Source: an uncultured Anaerolineales bacterium
GTDB lineage: Bacteria > Chloroflexota > Anaerolineae > B4-G1 > SLSP01
Assembly: GCA_964516885.1 (NCBI GenBank)
Contig: CAZEXX010000002.1
Span: 3,369-42,258 of the forward strand
DNA length: 38,890 nt
Direction of reading: 5' to 3'
In this document: positions 36,084 through 38,890 of the stretch, piece after piece
Layout: each line of letters begins with the position of its first letter
How positions within the stretch are numbered: position 1 is the first letter of the stretch
Made by a program: the position numbers and the translations under genes
The notes under the pieces: generated by a model
What the model was told of the DNA's origin: nothing
The model's input: the letters and a program-made list of their open reading frames with translations, nothing else
Databases searched by the model: none

Positions 36084-37871
36084 ATGAAGTTCTTGCGACG
36101 GATGCTAACTTTTGTTGGCCCCTACAAGCGTGATGCCCTACTGGCATCGCTAGCCTTGCTGGGGGTCGTGGCCGCTGACCTGGGTATCCCGCGCCTGACG
36201 CAGAGGGTGATTGACCAGGGGATCAACGCGGGTGATATGAGCGTTGTGGCGGTTACCTCGCTCTTGATGCTTGTCGTTGCTGTCGCAAGTGCGGCCTTCT
36301 CGATCGTCAACACGATTCTGGCGGTTCGCGTGTCGCAGCACGTGGGTGCCGACATTCGCAGCGCGATTGTCAGAAAGGTCCAGACCTTTTCCTTCGGCAA
36401 TTTGGATGAGCTGGAGACCGGGAAGTTGCTGGTGCGGGCTACGAGCGATGCGAGCCAGGTGCAGACGATGTACATGATGGCTCTGCGGATTATGACTCGT
36501 GCGCCGCTGTGGCTCCTGGGCAGTGTGGTGATGCTGGCCATCAACAGCCCAAGCCTGGTCCCGCTGATGCTCGTTCTGATGTCGGCGGTGTTGGTTCTCA
36601 CCTGGTTCTTCTTGGTCAAGGCTCGCCCGCTCTTTGCGGTGATCCAGCAGAAGCTGGATCGACTCAACCAGGTGCTGCAGGAGAATCTCTCGGGCATTCG
36701 GGTGGTTAAGGCCTTCGCGCGCCACAGTTACGAGTTATCGCGGTTTGATGAAGCCAATGATGATCTTATGGTGCAACAGATTCGTGTCAGTGAGATGATG
36801 GCTTTCCTCTTCCCCACCATGATGTTGATCATCAACGTCGGCATTGCCGGCGTGATCTGGCTGGGCGGGGCAGGGGTGGAGGCCGGCACCTCCACCATCG
36901 GCGAGATCGTGGCTTCGTTCAACTACCTGACCTTCTCGCTCTTCCCGATGATCATGCTGGCCGGTATGATGGCACCGCTATCGGCTGCAGATGCCTCCGC
37001 CGAGCGCATCCTGGAGGTTCTGGACAGTGAGCCCCTCGTCAAGGATGAGCCCAAAACGACGTCGGTGCCCACGTTCGCGGGTCGAGTAGTCTTCGAGGAC
37101 GTTTGCTTCAGCTATGATGGTGTCGACTGCCCTGAGCCGGTCCTTGACCACATTGATCTGGTCGCCGAGCCTGGCCAAACGGTAGCAATCTTGGGGGCCA
37201 CCGGTTCCGGGAAGTCCACACTGATTCACCTTATCCCGCGGTTCTACGACGTTTCTGCCGGGCGCATCGTGCTCGACGGCGTCGATATCCGCGATCTTCC
37301 GCTGGATCTCCTCCGTGCGCAGGTTGGTATTGCGATGCAGGAGGCGGTGTTGTTCAGCGGCACGATCCGGGACAACATTCGCTACGGACAGCCCGAGGCC
37401 AGTGACGAGAGTGTGATCGAGGCAGCTAGGGCGGCACAAGCCCACGACTTCATCATCGCTTTCCCCGAGGGATACGATACCGTCGTTGGACAGCGTGGGG
37501 TGAACCTCTCCGGTGGCCAGAAGCAGCGGCTATCCATCGCCCGTGCACTGCTGGTCCGCCCGAGAGTTCTGATCCTGGACGATAGCACCAGCGCCGTCGA
37601 CTTCGAGACGGAGGCCAAGATTGAAGAGGCGCTCGCCGAGCTCCTGGTCGATGAGTTTGCCCGCAGCACCACGGTATTCGTGGTCGCGCAGCGCATCAGC
37701 ACTGTCCTGAACGCGGACAAGATCGTGGTGTTGGACCGCGGGCATATCGCATCCGTGGGCACGCACCACGAGCTGATGGCGACGAGCCCCATTTATCGGG
37801 AGATCTACACTTCGCAATTGGGTAACGGTGTGAATGGGCTGCGTGCCGATGTCATTCCCACCGCTGCATGA
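36084..37871 (+). CDS. Heterodimeric ABC exporter subunit 1 (TM287-like, degenerate NBD)
   Basis: TMD+NBD; GATGSGKS, LSGGQ, LILDDSTS (Asp in place of catalytic Glu), VAQR (Gln in place of switch His). Confidence 0.93.
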   Translation: MKFLRRMLTFVGPYKRDALLASLALLGVVAADLGIPRLTQRVIDQGINAGDMSVVAVTSLLMLVVAVASAAFSIVNTILAVRVSQHVGADIRSAIVRKVQTFSFGNLDELETGKLLVRATSDASQVQTMYMMALRIMTRAPLWLLGSVVMLAINSPSLVPLMLVLMSAVLVLTWFFLVKARPLFAVIQQKLDRLNQVLQENLSGIRVVKAFARHSYELSRFDEANDDLMVQQIRVSEMMAFLFPTMMLIINVGIAGVIWLGGAGVEAGTSTIGEIVASFNYLTFSLFPMIMLAGMMAPLSAADASAERILEVLDSEPLVKDEPKTTSVPTFAGRVVFEDVCFSYDGVDCPEPVLDHIDLVAEPGQTVAILGATGSGKSTLIHLIPRFYDVSAGRIVLDGVDIRDLPLDLLRAQVGIAMQEAVLFSGTIRDNIRYGQPEASDESVIEAARAAQAHDFIIAFPEGYDTVVGQRGVNLSGGQKQRLSIARALLVRPRVLILDDSTSAVDFETEAKIEEALAELLVDEFARSTTVFVVAQRISTVLNADKIVVLDRGHIASVGTHHELMATSPIYREIYTSQLGNGVNGLRADVIPTAA

Positions 37872-37922
37872 AGGTACAGCTATGACTTCGAGGGTGAAAG
37901 CGTCGACAAGGAGGCATTGTCA

Positions 37923-38890
37923 ATGGTGAATCAAGGAAATCGATCCGCACAATCCGGTGGACGCGGACCTCGCGGACCGCGTCCACCTCAGGGCGACGGT
38001 GGCCCTGCAGAAGGTAGCGACCGCAAGCCGGCATCGGCGGGTACCGGATTGCCGGGGCCCGGTGGCCGTGGGCAGGGTGCGCGTATTGAGAAGGCCAAGG
38101 ATTCCAAAAAGACGGTGCGCCGTCTGCTGGCCTATCTGAGCCCTTACCGCTGGGCTTTGATCAGCGTCTTTGTGTTGGTGATCCTGGAAAATGGTTTGGG
38201 GCTGGCTGGGCCTGCGTTGATGGGCCGGGCGTTGGATGTGCTGCTGCGCTTCGGCGAGGTGCAGGCAGTGGTGCCGACGCTTGCCGCGATGCTGGGGGTC
38301 TACGCTGCAGCCTGGGCTGCGGGTTCGGTTCAAGCCATCGTGGTCGCGCGGTTTTCTCAGCAGGCGATGCGGCGCCTGCGCCACGATCTGTTCGATCATA
38401 CGCAAACGCTGTCGCTCAGTTTTTTTGACCAGCATTCGCACGGTGAGTTGATGAGCCGTCTGACGAACGATATGCAGGCCATCAGCGCTGTCCTGACGCA
38501 AAACGTGACCTCACTCTTCTCCGGTATGCTCACGATCGTCGGTATCATCGTGATGATGTTCGTGCTCAACCCGTGGCTGGCACTGGCATCGATGATTGTG
38601 CTGCCGGCGATGCTCGGGTTGGTGCGGTTCGTCGGCAAGCGGACCCGACAGGGCTTCCGGGAATACCAGATGCGGCTGGGTGTGCTGAACGGCCAACTGG
38701 AAGAGACGTTCAGTGGGCAGCACGTCATCCTGGCATTCGGTCAAGGGGGCGCGGTCACGAGCAAGTTCGACCGGGCCAATGAGGCGGTCCGTGAGGTCGG
38801 CACCCGCGCGATGACCTATTCGCTCCTGGTTCCGCCACTGATGGGGATTATGAGCAACGCGAATGTTGCCATCATCGCCGGCTTGGGCGG
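37923..38890 (+). CDS. Heterodimeric ABC exporter subunit 2 (TM288-like), truncated by the window end
   Basis: AAGGAGG RBS; my translation gives a Gly/Pro-rich N-terminus, then EKAKDSKKTVRRLLAYLSPY, GELMSRLTND, NGQLEETFSG; runs off the window end. Confidence 0.9.
   Translation, partial: MVNQGNRSAQSGGRGPRGPRPPQGDGGPAEGSDRKPASAGTGLPGPGGRGQGARIEKAKDSKKTVRRLLAYLSPYRWALISVFVLVILENGLGLAGPALMGRALDVLLRFGEVQAVVPTLAAMLGVYAAAWAAGSVQAIVVARFSQQAMRRLRHDLFDHTQTLSLSFFDQHSHGELMSRLTNDMQAISAVLTQNVTSLFSGMLTIVGIIVMMFVLNPWLALASMIVLPAMLGLVRFVGKRTRQGFREYQMRLGVLNGQLEETFSGQHVILAFGQGGAVTSKFDRANEAVREVGTRAMTYSLLVPPLMGIMSNANVAIIAGLG

Noticed and set aside
37570-37700. Degenerate Walker B / switch in the ABC subunit as a sign of pseudogenisation or novelty
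   Set aside because: Normal feature of TM287/288-type heterodimeric exporters

Overview
GC-rich bacterial chromosome segment, most likely Chloroflexota (Anaerolineae-like); this is inferred from gene content, not from a marker gene. Contents in order: tsaA/trmO; a pyrimidine operon (pyrC-pyrB-pyrF/pyrE fusion-pyrD-pyrK) whose DHO and ATC enzymes look strikingly like the domains of eukaryotic CAD; alkaline phosphatase; a MalT-like STAND/LuxR activator; an internally deleted GxxExxY gene with REP-like inverted repeats; an ABC-2 exporter; a small protein that aligns with the STAND NTPase domain of the neighbouring regulator but lacks both Walker motifs (candidate decoy inhibitor, the top finding); a methyltransferase / ConA-like / mevalonate-pathway decarboxylase operon; glgC; two GT-C glycosyltransferases; mrp; def; a tandem cNMP + bPH membrane protein; a GT4; a Zn-ribbon/cold-shock fusion; an HExxH protein; mreBCD-mrdA; and MarR with a heterodimeric ABC exporter (truncated at the window end). 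No tRNA, rRNA, CRISPR array or intact transposase was seen. All alignments were done by eye and family assignments are from recalled motifs.
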